A stretch of 63,451 bases of DNA, counting the filler, from Diploschistes diacapsis (Eukaryota), in the NCBI GenBank assembly GCA_023645945.1. It is 6 parts of 6 records of this genome, joined end to end, with 100 filler letters (N's around TTAATTAATTAA, not from the genome) between each part and the next. Parts side by side here need not be neighbours in the genome. Positions count along the whole stretch, not along the records: positions 52,997 to 63,451 come from JALAIB010000922.1; 5 more parts are not named here. One strand, 5' to 3'. Positions 61,814 to 63,451 of this stretch are shown in pieces. The stretch's first letter is position 1. Every line of letters begins with the position of its first letter. A program made the translations under genes and the position numbers. The notes beneath the pieces were generated by a model that searched no databases, had not been told where the DNA came from, and worked only from the letters and a program-made list of their open reading frames with translations.

Positions 61814-62573
61814 GGCACGAAAGACCTTGTTTAAACGGCGAATATCAAACAAAACGAGAGCGATGGACCAGATATGCGATCAAGCAGCGACAACGGAAGC
61901 GAGTGAACTATAGAACACAACTAGAAGAATGATCAATGTTTGATTACGAAACAGGTAGGTAGCGAGGCATGAATGCCTTCGGACGGGCGTCTAGGCTGTG
62001 GCATTGCCGCCCCAAAGTTTGCTGAAGGCTTCTTCTATGCGGCATGTAATTGGACAGAACGCCAGCCAGCGAGGGGGGAGCTGACCAAGACGGGTAGAAG
62101 CACCAGAGTGGCACTCCGTAGTTCTAAGCTCCATGCACTAGTCTCGGTGGACCATAAGTAAAGGTGCGGCGTTGTGTTATAAAGGCCAGACAAAAGCACC
62201 TTGTCAACTCCATGAAGGCAATGGATATGCGAGGGCCCGACACAATCGGCAGGCTGCCAGCGTTGCCCCAAAATGCGGGGGGGAATGCCCTGCTAATCTC
62301 AGATATGCGCTGGCGACCCACGGCGATCCCTGCGAGTTCTTTTGTTCATGAGGACTCTCTCCCAAACAGTATAACTCGTCTAGGTGTATATATACTTCTC
62401 AACAAAAACACACCATAGTTTTGGGTAGAGGAGTGTTGATTACCTATAGGAACTTGAGAGCAGTCACAACAAGCAGAACCAAAGGTCCAGCTTCTGAAGG
62501 CGGCTAGTCGCCTCCATACTTTCGGGACCGGAAGCTCCATCTCAATCCTGTAGCGACACATTCCCCGTGGACC

Positions 62574-63451
62574 ATGGAACAATGCCTTTTCGATGAAGCA
62601 GGACAACCAAATACTCAACCGACAGAGCCCAACGAGAACCACCTCCCGGGCTATCCGCGAGTACCCCTTCACGATGGCAGCAAACTGCTCAACTTCCTCG
62701 AGCGACATCTCTTTTCATCTGACCTCGACCAAATCGCCGACAAGCTCTGGTGGATGTCCAAGCAGGACAGCAAGAACATCTCGCCACTGCACCGACAGTA
62801 CGTAAAATCGCGGCGCATCATCCTGACCGAAGACCCCAAGCTGCACCTCGTCTGGATAAAGGACCGCATCTTCATCAAGCCCTTGCCGGAGTACCTCCTC
62901 TCCCCCAGCTTCTGGACCGCCGACGTCCTCGGCCCGTCCTTCCCACCCGCCACTTCCACCGGCACCGGCACCGGCACCGGCACCGGCACTGCCAGTCGCA
63001 ATCCCGCTTCCGCTTCCTCCCGCACCGCCCAACGCACCCGCATCCGCCAATCCGCCCTCGGCCTGCTGCGCAGCTACTCGCACCTGATCCAGCACCACTC
63101 GGACTTCCGGATCGCGCAGTCGCCCTCGCTGCTCCTGGTGCCGCCCGAGATCAACTGGCCGACCTTCGACGCCTTCATAGCGCGCTTCGACGCCGACGCC
63201 GTGCCCGACGCCGACGTCAGCCCGCGCTACGCCTACGGCGAGATCCGGCTGACCCGCCTCAACTTCTACGCCAAGTTCCTCTCGCGCAGCTGGTACTTCC
63301 ACCGCCTCGTGCCGCAGTACGAGGACTATTTCGCCCGCTTCTACGCGCCCGTGCTGTTTGTCTTTGGCTTCCTCAGCGTCGTGCTGAGCGCGCTGCAGGC
63401 GGAGATTTCCGTCAAGGGGTTGGACGTGTCGTGGTCGGGCTCGTCGACGTC
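62574..63451 (+). CDS. DUF6601-family fungal protein, 3' truncated
   Basis: LWWMS...ISPLHRQ.V..RRIILTEDPKLHLVWIKDRIFIKPLPEYLL, ALGLLRSY..LI.H.SDFRIA, VSPRYAYGEIRLTRLN and FGFLSVVLSALQ; the frame is open to the window end. Confidence 0.85.
   Translation, partial: MEQCLFDEAGQPNTQPTEPNENHLPGYPRVPLHDGSKLLNFLERHLFSSDLDQIADKLWWMSKQDSKNISPLHRQYVKSRRIILTEDPKLHLVWIKDRIFIKPLPEYLLSPSFWTADVLGPSFPPATSTGTGTGTGTGTASRNPASASSRTAQRTRIRQSALGLLRSYSHLIQHHSDFRIAQSPSLLLVPPEINWPTFDAFIARFDADAVPDADVSPRYAYGEIRLTRLNFYAKFLSRSWYFHRLVPQYEDYFARFYAPVLFVFGFLSVVLSALQAEISVKGLDVSWSGSST

Noticed and set aside
62715..63302. 195-aa minus-strand ORF
   Set aside because: Antisense shadow of the DUF6601 gene on the plus strand

Overview
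Filamentous ascomycete genomic DNA with spliceosomal introns. The window is not one locus. It is six contigs (10533, 10531, 10478, 10478, 10476, 10455 bp, in descending length) joined by an identical 100-nt N44-TTAATTAATTAA-N44 spacer, so adjacency across spacers means nothing. Contig 1: a DmpA/S58 peptidase 3' end and several decayed genes (RIP-like large ORF, Pth11-like, amidase, MFS). Contig 2: NBP2, SSU72, SPA2. Contig 3: CFA synthase, a signal-peptide/TM/SH3 protein and an orphan. Contig 4 is the most interesting: a small secreted Cys-rich protein, a Pth11-like gene, and a decayed DUF3435 tyrosine recombinase (Starship captain-like, with C2H2 tail) followed by degenerate AT-rich DNA. Contig 5: mitochondrial ProRS, an APH-kinase pseudogene, a long TTC tract, HIR1. 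Contig 6: an Sso syntaxin with an expanded NPY array, NOP7, a frameshifted hydrolase-NB-ARC-TPR NLR and a DUF6601 gene. All family calls come from recognising motifs by eye; no searches were run.
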